A stretch of DNA of 64,000 nucleotides from Hormiphora californensis. Taxonomy: Eukaryota > Animalia > Ctenophora. The notes under the pieces were generated by a model, which did not search any database, was not told where the DNA came from, and saw only the letters and a program-made list of their open reading frames with translations. Of this stretch, positions 1 to 19,559 are shown piece by piece (the stretch's first letter is position 1; each line of letters starts with the position of its first letter). The stretch covers positions 5,270,001 to 5,334,000 of the forward strand of contig CM035356.1 of assembly GCA_020137815.1 (NCBI GenBank), read 5' to 3'. The position numbers and the translations under genes were made by a program.

Positions 1-396
1 GAGAGAGAGATGAAAGTTGAGGGAAATACGATAAACGACCCTTGTAAGACTATTTCCTACCAATTTCGTATTTTAATTAGAGCCCACTGCTCTCTCTATC
101 TTTTTTCCGATTCTCTCTTTCTCCCACAATCTGGGGCATTCTCAGCTAGTACCCCGGAGTGGGAAACAGGAATCTCAATAATTGATACATGTCAGGGAGT
201 GGTATCTCTCACTTCCTCCCCTCTCCCCCCTCTCTAGCTCTCTATTCCCTTCCCCCTCTCCACTTGTTAGTTTGTAAACTACACTAACAAGCACACTATG
301 ATTGTTTTCCACGTAGGGGGCAAATATGTTACAATCACATGGGTGGTGCCATGTGATTGGATAATGTAAGAGAGAGTGAGAGAGAGAGAGAGAGAT

Positions 397-442
<46 letters not shown>

Positions 443-2366
443 TTAATAAATGGAATACTAGAAAGCATTGTGAAACCCGATTAAGATTCCTTCACTATGC
501 GGGGGGAACTCAGGTTCTTCGTGCCAGCTGAGTTCTTCGAGCTCAGTCCCGTTGCCGTGGACCTGGTTGGCTGATGGTCCAGTGATTACGGTCAAATCAC
601 ACCGGCTCTCTCCCCAATCTTGGGGAGTAAACTTTGCCAGAGACCTTGCCGAACTCAACTATGGCACCGAGCTCTTGCAGTGCGGCTGGTCCCTGCTGGG
701 ATTTGGTTCGGCGGTCGATTGATGAGCGGTTGGTTGACGATTGATATCAGTCGTTAATCGATCGTTTGTCGGTCGGTCGTCGGGCTGAGTCTTAGTGAGG
801 ATCCCGGTTGAACTGATAATCTCACCCCAGCCAGTAACCTTGTTACACATGGCAACCCATGATTTGTAATCACCGAGGGCCTCTGCCCACTAGGCATGCC
901 TGTTGACCCTTCGGCTGTCTCCCATTTAATTATGGGGGTAAATTCTACGCCAGAGAACTAGCCTCCCTCAATTATGGCAACCCATGATTTGTAATCACCC
1001 GGCAGCTGTAGCCTTTAAAACAGCCCTCCTGTCCAACATCCCATATTGGTCGGACGGAGGTTACCTTCTCTCGCAAAAATAGGGGTTATTCCCCTGGGGA
1101 ACCTCTGCCCAAATTTTTGCCACATACTACCTTTGCAGCTCCTCCACTGCCCAGACCTAGATGAGCTACGATACAAACTCGACTACCAAGATATCATCAA
1201 CAACATTCTCACTCCCAGCAACACACTGGATCTGCACAAATTCTCCAAATTAGTATACAGAAGTAACCTATTCGAATAAACCATCCCCAACCATCCCGAT
1301 CTGAAAGAAGTAGCAAACCACAGGGCAAGAATCGCTACGGCCGGGGAATTCCACAAAACCACATCATAAGGGTCCCACTATTAAGGTAGGGCAGTTCTGG
1401 GCCATAACAAAGGGCCACCTCCGCCGTATGGCAAGTAATTACCCCGCAATAGTGCAACCCCTGGGAGCTGATAATTTGCCAAATGCTCACCAGAAGTTTA
1501 CATAAGCGTTTTTCATGCTTATCTGTGCTTGCTAAGAATTAGCTTGTCCGGACCCCCAGGTTGCATGCTGATAAGTACTGCTAGCGGGTTTGACCAAAGA
1601 CCTGAGGTGTGATAAGATATTTCAGCCGTCAACCGATTAGATGGTGAACCCACGGTATTGTCATATCCGCAACCCACCTACCTCTACAGCTCCCTGGAGC
1701 AGTAGTAACCAAAGACCAGTCTGTGAGACAGGTAAATTCCATCCATTGTCCTGACAATATAGGTATGTCAGTCTAATATTAGATTCACTGTATCAAATAC
1801 TCTTCTTGTGATGCCGGCGAAGGTTCGAGGGAAATGTTGAGCTTGCTCAACAAAATACCAGGACCCAAATCGGAACAACATCAACATTATCCCTACGTGT
1901 GGGGGACGGTGGCGAAGAGTGATATTAATATAGGTTGTCTGCCGACCATTGTGGGGCAGTAAAGTGGGAGGAATGACGGGCGGTGCAAAACACACACACA
2001 CACACACACTATGCAATGAAGGACCACACACGAACAATAGTAGACCCCGACAACGATCAGCGATCAATCAACATAGAGCACACCAAGGACACAAAAAGGA
2101 CACTTCGATGATTGATCAAAAACCCACAAACGCCAAGGACACTTCAAACAGTTTGATAAAATTAAGTGATAAAAAGGTATATCAATTGTTTGGAGGGCGT
2201 CTATTTACAGTTTACACGTACGCTCGTTTGTTACTCAACAAACGTACGCAGAACGATAAGATACAGCAAACAGAAGGAGTGGGAACTATTATATTGTGCT
2301 ACCCTTCACAACGACATAACGACCTAACAACCTAAAAGGATGGAGATATAGAGATAGAGAGAGAGG

Positions 2367-2406
<40 letters not shown>

Positions 2407-5400
2407 TAGGAAGAAGAGACGGGGAAGGGAAAGGGGAGGAGAGATATTATTTAAGGGTTAAAGAGGGAGGGAAATGGTATCCCCGATGATTCAAAAAAAA
2501 GGGGTTTCTCTGCGGGTTTAAAAATTTTAAATGCTATTATATATTTTTTGGGATCCCTCAGCAGCTATCATCTTTCCCTATTCTTTAGATACGTATTTTA
2601 AAACCCAAACCTCAACTGTAATCTCTCTCCCCTCTCCCCTCTCCCTCTCTCTTCTTCCCCTCCTCCCCTCTCCTCTCTCTCTCTCCTCTCTCTTCTCTCT
2701 CCTCTCCTCTCTCCTCCTCCTCTCTCTCCTCTCTCTCTTCTCTCTCTAATCTAAACAAGATTCTGATAACAAATGAATTTCTTCCCCACTTTACTATATA
2801 ACAGGGATGCACCCCCATATAGAAATTATTTTTCGTAAAGTTTTTTAGCTAAAACCCGTGCAAAGGGTCGGCAAAGCAAGTAGTTAAAAGGTCCCAGAAT
2901 GGGACAAAAAATGCTAACACAGAGGCGAGAAAAAAGGTATACCAATACACAAATGAGGGGCGCAGATGTTTTACTTTTAGGGAAAAATAGAGTGAAGAGA
3001 GAGGAGAGAGAAGAGAGAGGAGAGAGAGTAGGGGATCCCATATTATATTAAGAGAGAGAGAGAGGGCTGAGAGAGAGGAAGGAGAGAGAAAAGGAAAGGA
3101 GAGAGAGAGAAGAGAAGGGGAGAGGGGGGAGAGGAGAGAGAAAAGATAGGAAAAGAGAGAGTTTGGGGGGGGGAAAGAGAGAAAAGAAAAGAAAGAAAGA
3201 GGGGGAAACAAAAAGAAGGGTGTGAGTGGGAAATTTCGTGGCAGACACATTCCCCTGTTAGGGGCCCTGTCCCCCTACTAAATTGAGGAGGATGGGGAGA
3301 GGAGAAAATGCAGGGACAAATTTAATGGTTTTTGGCATAGCTTTTTTGTTTGGGTAAAAGGATCCACGTTAAATTTTCTACATTACCCATAAAATAGAGC
3401 CCCCTTCATTCACTATAATATCTTCTCTATCTCTATTTACCCTTCTCTCTCTCTCTGTATCCCCGGTCCTTTTCTCTCTGTATCCACCCCTTCTATCTCC
3501 TATTCCTTCTCTCATATGATATATTCACAACCTTTTTCTAATGTTCGCTGAAAAACTTGACCAACCCCAAAAAGGGAAGGACTCTCCCAGCTCCCTCTTC
3601 TCTCTCTCTCCCCTCTTCTTCTTTTTTTTTCTCTTTTCAATTGATGGGGTATTGATGGGCGGGGGAAAATTTAAATGAAATTTGTTTTTCCCCCTTACTT
3701 TCATTTTTTACACTCGGGGAACCCAAAATATTTATTAATCCCCCCTGATTAGGCCATAATGATGAACCGTTTGGTTCATTCCCTGAATCGAGTGATTATA
3801 TCCCTCATGAGATATAAAAGTGCTCTCGAATAATTTCCCTCTCCCTCTTGTAGTCAAACATTTCATATCTGGTGTGTGCTCTGAATACAATATCACACAC
3901 GTGTGGTCATGTGTGCATGCCAGCCCCCCTCCCCTGAGGTCAATTTATAATTTACTGTGGCAAAGGGGGGGAAAAGAGGGGGAGAAAGGGAAGAGGGGAG
4001 AGGGGAGAGGAGAAAAGAGAGAGAAAAGAGAGAGAGAAAAGAGGAAAGAGAGAGAGAAGAGAGGTAAAAGGGGAAGAGAGGGGAGAGAGAGAGAGAAAAG
4101 AGAGGGGAGAAGAAGAGAGAGAGAGAGAGAGAGAGGGGAGGAAAAGTGAAGAAAGAAAAGTGAGAGGGGAAAAAAAGAAGAAAGAGAGAAAGTGGGAGAG
4201 ATAGAGAGTGAGAGATCCCATTGTATCACTCAATATTGAGGTCTTTGACGGGGGTCAATTAAACCAAATAAATTTACCTTTTAAAATGTGTTGGGGGGTG
4301 GGGGGGACGTGGGGGGGTTTCAAGCCCGGAAAAAAATGGGGGTTCGTGTTCCGGGGGAATTGGAAAAAATCGTCCTAGGTGGGCGTTTTCCCATGGGAGA
4401 GGATGAAGAGTTGGCCAATGTAGTGCGGTGTTTGCTGGGAAAAGGGGTCAACTTCCGATGTAGAATACAGAGAGATATAAGAAAGAGAGAGAGAGAGAGA
4501 GAGAGGAAAAGAGAGAGTGAGAGAGAGAGAGAGAAAAGAGAGAGAGAGAGAAAAGAAGAGAGAGGAAAGAAAAAGGGGGGAGAGGGGAAAGATATGGTGG
4601 GCGAGCCCGGATACCTCCCCATGTATACCCCATTTTTACACAGAGTTTAAAGTTTACAGAAAGTGGTAATGTACAGGTGCGGTACATCAAGAGAGGAGAA
4701 GGGTGCATTACTATGAAATATGCAAAATATAAACTATCAGAGCAAAACAGATTAAACAGTTGTAAGCTGCTGCAAGCAGTTGGGGTTCCCGGGGAAAACA
4801 TATTCGTATTTGTTTAACCAAAACTAATTTTGAAACCTGACCCCTTTTCTCGGTTTTTTCTTTTAATTTCCTTCCTTTTTCCTTTTCTCTCCTTTTTCTC
4901 TCTTTCTTTCCCCCCTCTCTCTTTTATCCCCTTTCCCTCTTTTTTTTTTTCTTTTCTCTCTTTTTCTCTGTCTGACAGCGGACATGGGTTTGGGAATGGG
5001 CTGTGCACAGCAAAGGGACGCACGTTTCACCCAAAAAATCAGGGTAGAAAAGAGGGGAAAAGAAAAGAGAAGAGAAGAGAGAGAGAGGAAAAGAGAAAAA
5101 GGGGAAAAAGAAGAGATTGAGAGAGGGGAGAGAAGGGGAATCAGGGCCAAACTAGAATCATTCAGAGGGGTGTCCCCTAAACCAAAAAAATCGACCCAAT
5201 CCAAAAACTTTTGGGGGCCTTTTTTTGAAACAAGCCCCCTTGACCCATAAACCCCCCCTCCCTTCCAAATCACCGCCTCCCGTATCTCTAAAATCCTTAA
5301 AACGGGAGCTTCACCCCAACGTGAAAGGAGGGGCAGAGAATTTAAAAAGATAGAAAGATACATAGAGATATTTATATAAAAGATATGGATAGAGGAAGGA

Positions 5401-8400
5401 CTAGTGACAAGCTCCTCTGAAACCGAAGAAGCTATCATCAGGGGCCTGGAACACGATGAGTCAGATGACCGATATAGGTCACGTGATCACATCTCTGCAT
5501 TCTGATTGGTTCACGCCATGAGATATAACACCTTGGAATGGGACTACTGATCTGCTAACAATTCGATCCCATAGTTCTGGTGGGAGGTGAGTTGTACACT
5601 GGTCAGTGGTCATCACCCTTCACACACACCCTGGAGAAGTGAAATTTTAACCGTTAAACAGAGAATCTGAAAACGAACTCTATAATAGAGTTCTTAAAAA
5701 AGGCCAATATTTGAGAACCAAAATGATTATGTTCACAAGTTTTCCGGAACCATAGTTAACGTATCATGGTCATGATAGTGCAGGATAGCTTGAATTTATT
5801 TTTACAGTTCACAGCTGGACATGTGAGAATTGGACAACAAAACGCCATTCATTCTTCAATAGCCTCTGAATAATATTCTTACTTTTTAACTCTTGAGGGG
5901 CTTGTAAAAACAGATCTGGAGAGAGAGAGATTGGATGGAACACAAACTTGAGTATGTGCTACTTGGATCGGATGATTTTCAGTAAAATCTAAAATCTATA
6001 ATGCTGAATATATATACAGGGTGGCCCACAAATTATTAGTAAGGGGGTGATAGTTGTGTATGAAACACAGTTCATCTCCAATTTGGACGGGGAATAAAAC
6101 AAAGTATTTCTAGCTGTGACTCTGGAGAGAAAAAAAAGTAGAAGTACTACCGTCTGCACATATAGACAGTTGTGATGCGGAGCACCGCAATTATATCTCC
6201 CGGAGACAGGGAGAGAAGAGAGAGAGAGAGAGAGAGAGAAGAGAGAGAAAGAGAGAGGAGGAGGAAGGGAGAGGAAAGAGGAAGGAGAGAGGAGGAAAAA
6301 GGAGAGGAGAGATCCCCAAAAAGAGGGGAGCTAGACTAGGTGTTTTTCCTTCGAGCTGTTTTTAAAACTTTGGAAGAAAAAAGGAAAGGAAAGGGCCGGA
6401 GGGGAAGAGAAAGGAAAAAGGAAAAACCAAAAAAGATCGCAGAAGATTTGTCAAAGATAGGGAAATTTGAAGTTTTTAGGGATACGAACCTTAAAAGCAT
6501 AATATACAGATACTATTTTTGGACATAGGGAGAGAAAGAAATTTTCTATTTTTTTCATTTCCCCTTTTCCCTTTCTCTTTTTTTTCTTTTCCCAAACTCT
6601 CTCTTCTCTTTCTTCTTCCCTTTTCCTAACCCCTCTTTTTCCACTCCCCTTCTTTTATTTGGGGTTGTTGGAGGGGAAAGGTCCACCAGGGGAAGGGAGA
6701 AAAGGATGGGTGGAAGATTCGAGAGATTGTGCGATGCAAAGTCAAAAGTAGAGGCAGGGAAAATACAGAAGAAAGGTGAAAAGATGATTTTAAATAGATA
6801 TATATCGACCAGAAACATCTCTGGAAGAAAGAGAGGAAGTGGTCGGGAGAATAATCCTAATTTAGTATCCTGATTAGCAGCCCACTTAGCGTTTTAGATT
6901 AACATTGGATAATTAACGTTCCTTTTTATAGTTAGGGTTAGGCTTCACTAACTGTGACACGATCCTAGTAGTCTAGATTACAGATCTAACTTTGCTGGAT
7001 TAAAATATCCCGTTATCACATTACCAATCATAGTACAGAGGACATGAAGCGCTGGAAATCGAATCGCCACTATTTCATACCATCTCTTATGGAATGTGGC
7101 ACAGATGGGCAACTGAAATCGTTACAGCACCAATCTACTACGCTCCAATCCCTACTACACAGGGCACCTACTGAGGCAGGTGAAAGTTTCACCGTGAAAC
7201 AGCCTCGAAGAAGAGGAAGACCGACAAAAGGATCTTTTTTGAATTCTGTCAATCAATAATGGCTGACGACAGTTGAAGTCAATCTACTATAATGGCATAT
7301 TTCTACAGCAATTCACGGGCAATTCTTGCTGAATCGAAGTTAGTTAATTTACACATAGATCTACAAAACGAAACTAAGCAGAGGGAGATGATGGTGTGTG
7401 GCTAGTGGATAAGGCAGTGGTGCTATCTTTAGGTTATTTTCCGGTAGACAGTGCCTCTCTTGGTTGAGGGAAAGAGAGAGAGAGAGGGAGAGAAGAGTGA
7501 GAGAGAGAGGGAGAGAGAAAGAGAGAGAGGGAGAGAGAGATTAAAGAAGAGAGCAAGAATTATTGAGACCCTGCATCTATTGGGCATCCAATAGCATCTT
7601 TTATTACAAGAGAGCTCTTTATTATGTACCCTGCTCTTTTCTCTCCCTCTCTCCCTTTCTATCTCTCTATCTACCTACGTCTCTCTCTATCTCCCTACGT
7701 CGCTCTCTCTTTATCACTCTCCATCTCGTGCACAGAGTCGCCACAACTGGTTGACGTCTTTTCCTCCTCTCTTCACCCCTCTAGCAAGCTCTCTCCTTTC
7801 GAGCAGCTCTTATGACTCTCTCTCTCTCTCTCTCTCTCACACATATCTCTCTCTCTCTTTCTCTCTATGTTTCCCTCACTATTATATCGTCCTCTATCTC
7901 TCAGAGCAGCACGGATATGCTACATTGGCTGCTGAATGTGTCAGAGACAGAGAGGAGGGAGAGGTTTGTAGCAATTCGCAGGCACTTAGGACACGCCATC
8001 TAGCTCTGAGAGAGGGAGGGAAGGAACTTAGGACACAGATCTAGCCTGAGCTGGGAGCTCACAGTTGGAGAGAGTAAGGAAGGAAGAGAGAGAGCCGGCT
8101 GTCTCTCTTGATATGCTTGACTGCTTTACGGCTCCCACCTCCTGCTGGGTCTATTGAGCCATATCACACCTCCCACCCCCTTACTCTGAGTGTCTCCTTT
8201 ACTAATATATTAATATCCAACTTTCTGGTTCGGAGGGGGTTAAAGACACTCTCGACCAGGAATGTGTAAAAGCTAAAATCAGAACATAATATATTCTTTA
8301 TGAGGTCTAACAGATAAAAGACTTTATCGCCTATTGGTAAAACACCTTTCTTGTGACTTGTCACAAACCGTTTAGAGTGGGTAAGTATAATCGAGAGAGA

Positions 8401-8809
8401 AAGAAAGGGGTATAATCGTTAAAGAGAGGGGAAGTCTGAAACAGTTTTTCAGAGTGATCACAGGGTCAGAGGTTAGAGAAAAACATGGGCGATTTCAAAG
8501 GATGGTAAGGGATTGGAGATCAGGAAACTGTAAGTCAGTCGTGATGATATGATCAAAAGTTCATTACGCCCTACACCTATGATAAACACCCACAACAAGT
8601 ATTTCCTCTCCAATACTCTTTCCCCTCGTTTATATTATATTATGTAGAATGGATGGATGTGCTTTATGTTATGGTGGTTATGTGAAGTCAATGTGAAAGA
8701 ATCATGATATAACATACAACTCTGTCACCATACTACCTTGCTATACCGCTGCAGTGTGACCAGAAGGGGAGAAAAAGAGAAAGAGTGAAGGAAAAAAAGA
8801 AAAAAAAAA

Positions 8810-8896
<87 letters not shown>

Positions 8897-9347
8897 GGAG
8901 ACCGGAAACAGCCCCTCTCTCTGCTATGTAACTGTGTGTACTGCACAGGGTGTGTACTGCAGCACCACAGCAGCTCTGGTACAAATTCAAGTCATGCATA
9001 ATACACGCTTATATACCAAACAGCATAGTTTCTCTTATCGCAACGGTTTAAAATAAAATGGGTTTTATCTACGGGTTTATACACATTACATGTGAAGTGA
9101 TCTGTTTGGTGGCTGAGAAGAAGGAACACGTCCTCAAATTTGGGTGAGGGGGAGACTTTTCTAGAATAAAGGAGCAAAAAAAACAAAAGTACAAGTTAGC
9201 AAGTAAAAGGCAATCATCAATACAGCCACAATGATAGGTTGACTTGACAAAGGGGGACAAGTAACGATTGATAGCGGCACGTCCTAAGACACATACCAGC
9301 TGCATTTGACGGTGTATTTTTAGGGAGTCTCCTTAGGACAACAAAAA

Positions 9348-9389
<42 letters not shown>

Positions 9390-9496
9390 CGTCTGCAACT
9401 GAGAGAGATTCATGAAAGTGTGAAATCACGCAAGTTTTATATATGACGGGTATGGCATGAGATCGAGAAATAGAGTAGGGGAGGCCGGAGAATAGG

Positions 9497-9560
<64 letters not shown>

Positions 9561-10514
9561 AGATAGATAGAGGGAGATAGATAGAGCGAGAGAGATAGAG
9601 AGAGAGAGAGAGTGAGAGAGAGTGAGATAGAGAGAGAGAGAGAGAGAGAGAAGAGGAGAGAGAGAGAGAGAGAGAGGGGAGGCATGTACGAGTGTATGCC
9701 TACTATGTGCATTTTCTACTTTTCTCCACAGTACAGACAGTACACAATGTGAAACACACACACTCAACATAGTACTGAGTAGGTAGTTCACCCTTCCCTT
9801 CCACCCAGCACGATAGATGCTCTTCCCGTGCCAACATTCACCACTATTGAGATGATGGAGATGTTCTAAACTAGTATAGAGAGAGAGAGAGGGGTCAAGC
9901 AAGTCAAGCATTGAGATGAACATTATTTTCCTCATCTCATAAGACAAGGTAAACAGGTGTGATAAATGAGAGAGTTATAATAGGAGTGTAATCCCCAGGG
10001 GGAATAATCTCTATTTTTTAAGAAACCCTTCACTAAATAAATACATGGTGAGGTATATATTCATTTTTCTAACTGTGAGTACAGACGTCCACAAATCCGC
10101 TTACCCAAACTCAATATAATTAAATCACTCATCTGAGAACCCGTCAAATCGCCTGATCCCCCAAGTCAAGAACAACTTGTGGGCAGTCAGTGGCAACTGG
10201 CACCCTTGTGCAGGGATCTGGACTGGAAATTCATAATGTGGTAAAATCGCTCAACGTTTTGGCCTGTTTTCCAGTGCAAAGCCACCGCAGGTACCCTCTC
10301 CGGCCTCCCTGGTAAACCCCTCTACATAACATGTATAAACCCCCATCCTGATAAGTGATAACCCCTGGTAACCCCATGCAAACCCTACCCTGGCAACCCC
10401 CTCCCTGGTACTATACCCCCCCCCCACTAATAACCGCCTAGTAACCCCCTCCTCTACTTGTAACCCCCTCCCTGGTAACTCCCCCCCCCATGTAAACCCC
10501 CTGCATCTACTCAC

Positions 10515-11218
10515 GGTTGACAGGCAGTGCCAGTTCAGTCATCTTCTTCTCAGTAACAGGAGGTTGTTCAGTCCTATCGTACTGCTGGCGTGTTAATGGC
10601 TCAGTGGGGTCAGGTAGTGGTTTCTCTACTGGCTGGACACACTCATCCTCACCAGATGGAACGTGGATAGGAAACCTGCCGCACCTCCACTGGTTAGGCC
10701 AGGACAGTGAGTGAGATTTGATGAGCTCTTCACACCGGTCACGGACGTTGATACACAGACCACGACACGGCTGAACCTGAAAATGGGGGCATATGTTGTG
10801 GTGGTAGTTTGGAGACCGGGTAGCTGTTTAAATTGAGAGAGAACAGCAGCGATTTTCACAAAAAGTTATGGTCTGAGTTTATCCGGTAGTATAAATTATA
10901 TGATAATCGAATTCTGGTCTTTGTTCCCATTAAACTCTCTATCGTTACCTTTATTCCGCTGCCGTTGCAGTAGGGAGCATAAAGTGAGCACAAAAACAAC
11001 TTAATATCAGAACTGCACGAGGAATCAAAATACTCCGCATAAGCCTGGAGCTCATTGGCCGCATCCCGCTGGGTATTGTGGCCCATCTCATTTGGGAATC
11101 GTGTTCTGTTGTAGTTTAGGTCTGAGCATAGCCCGATGGATAAGGCCTCACAAGTAAACTCTTCCGCGGAGGCAATGCTGTGTAGGGAGATGAGACAGAG
11201 GACTGGGAGAAATAACAT
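10515..11218 (-). CDS. Secreted Frizzled-type cysteine-rich-domain (CRD) protein, sFRP-like; exons 11218-10949 and 10776-10515; further 3' exons likely near 10220-10105, 9870-9790 and 9300-9200 but not resolved
   Basis: Signal peptide MLFLPVLCLISLHSIASA, then TCEALSIGLCSDLNYNRTRFPNEMGH...CSSDIKLFLCSLYAPYC, spliced in frame (aag|gtaac ... ttttcag|gtt) to VQPCRGLCINVRDRCEELIKSHSLSWPNQWRCGRFP...DECV. All 10 CRD cysteines are present. No 7TM exons recognised downstream. Confidence 0.85.
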
Positions 11219-12207
11219 GGCTAGAATACATTGATTTGTTATTATTAATATTATTAAATCTATATAACTTAATCATCATACAAATATTTAATCAATTTAA
11301 TTGTATAAATAAACCCCTGATTTGTTAACACCGCTGGTAAGCAATCAAGATATAACTCATTAGCTAGTGTTATGCATTCGCGATGATCATCACAGAAACT
11401 GAAACACGGCAACCTTTTTGTGCTAACTCTCCTTTACATTGGGAGCGCACCGAAAGAGGGTCGAGCAAGGCAAGCAACAGTTGAACAAAACGGGCTTCCA
11501 ATGAATCACTTTAATGCTAACTTTAACATCACTAAATTCAGATTGCGAAGGAAACAAAATAAGGTGTCGCCATACAATGAGCAGGACACGGCAGCAAAGT
11601 TTTTGCTACGTAGTCTGTTGTCCGTACGATGAATCGCCTCCGGGCAGCGGGCTCGCGTCAGGTGAGCCCGGTGAAATAGCCGTCAGATTAGGAACATGTC
11701 AACACAGTTTCAACATCACGCTTGGCCTCCACCTGAGTGCCCTGTATGGCAATATACGCTGTATCAGGTGGTCGTCAAAAACGCACGCACAAAATGAAAA
11801 CATCACGCAACTTTTAAAAAAGCTTCGTCACACTTTGGATTTTTTACTTCGCGTAAAACTTTTGTAAGTGCACGCGCGCCGCGCAACGAAGAAATAAATG
11901 CGCGTGCCAAGTGTGACGTCACCAATTTTACCATCCAGAGATAAACGAAGAGCAAAACGCATATCTTTTCATTCATTTAAAGCCCCAAAGATAATCATTC
12001 ATTATTTACAAAGTGATTTCTCTTCTTAACAACTGAACTTCATCAACGACAGAATAGTCAAAATAAAATAATTTAACAAAATAAAACTGAGCTGGTAAAA
12101 ACATGCGATTAGTCCCCCTGTGTATTGTTAAGGTTGTTTGTTAGAAAGTGTTATGCCACCGAAAAGTAGGGTACATGCAGTACATCATAAGGGTGTTTAC
12201 ACGTGTT

Positions 12208-18808
<6,601 letters not shown>

Positions 18809-19559
18809 GTTGAGACCTGGATAGATAGGGGGTAGAGATGGGTTAGAAATTGATATCACTCTCAGGTGCAGTGGGGTGATGGAATATGATGAGAGACAAT
18901 GAAACGAAGGGTCGTGTTCTTGGATTGTGGAAAACATCAAATTGTGGCATAACAAACAGGTCTGTGTGATTGCTATGTGTAGGTATTTCAAAAGTTAAAC
19001 TCGGAACGTTTTTTAAACTACAGTGTTTTTAAAGAGAATCACATCATCAACTTGGTAATTGAAGATCAAACCCATGAGACAAAAAAAGAAAAGAGGCGGC
19101 TCTCTCTCTCTCTCACGACACACACATACCAGGACAGAAAAAGGGAGGGGGTGGTAGAGCACTCTCTGCATCGAACGGGAGAGAGAGTAGAAAGATGAGA
19201 AAAGAGATAGTATAGACAAAACAGGGGCAAAATATCACAATATTATCTTTCTCTTTCCCAGATTTCTCTAAGCCCTACCCTCGAGAGAGAATCCATCCAA
19301 AATCACACAAACATTACATCTCGCTTCCTCAACTCAACATCTCTTTTGTTAACAGATCTTCGTTCTCAAAGAAAAAAGGATCTCTATTTAACTCAGCATT
19401 GAAAAAAGCAACAAGGGGGGGGGGGGTATCATCTCTCACTACAAAACACCACTCCATATATCCCGGGGGAAGCAGATCACAGAAAAACATAAATCTTCAC
19501 AACTCTATCACGCACTGGTGAAGGTGGAGTGTCTCTACATCATCATATTACACATCCCC

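Noticed and set aside
5400-5875. Possible terminal exons of a plus-strand gene
   Set aside because: Splice-like signals are present but no consistent frame or recognisable protein.
7044-7259. Small ORF ending RRRGRPTKGS (AT-hook or transposase tail)
   Set aside because: Too short, with no supporting domain or splice context.
11590-11800. GC-rich structured segment as an ncRNA (RNase P/MRP, U3, SRP, telomerase or SL RNA)
   Set aside because: Hairpins exist (cgggctc...gagcccg) but none of the conserved boxes or templates could be matched. An Rfam scan would be needed.
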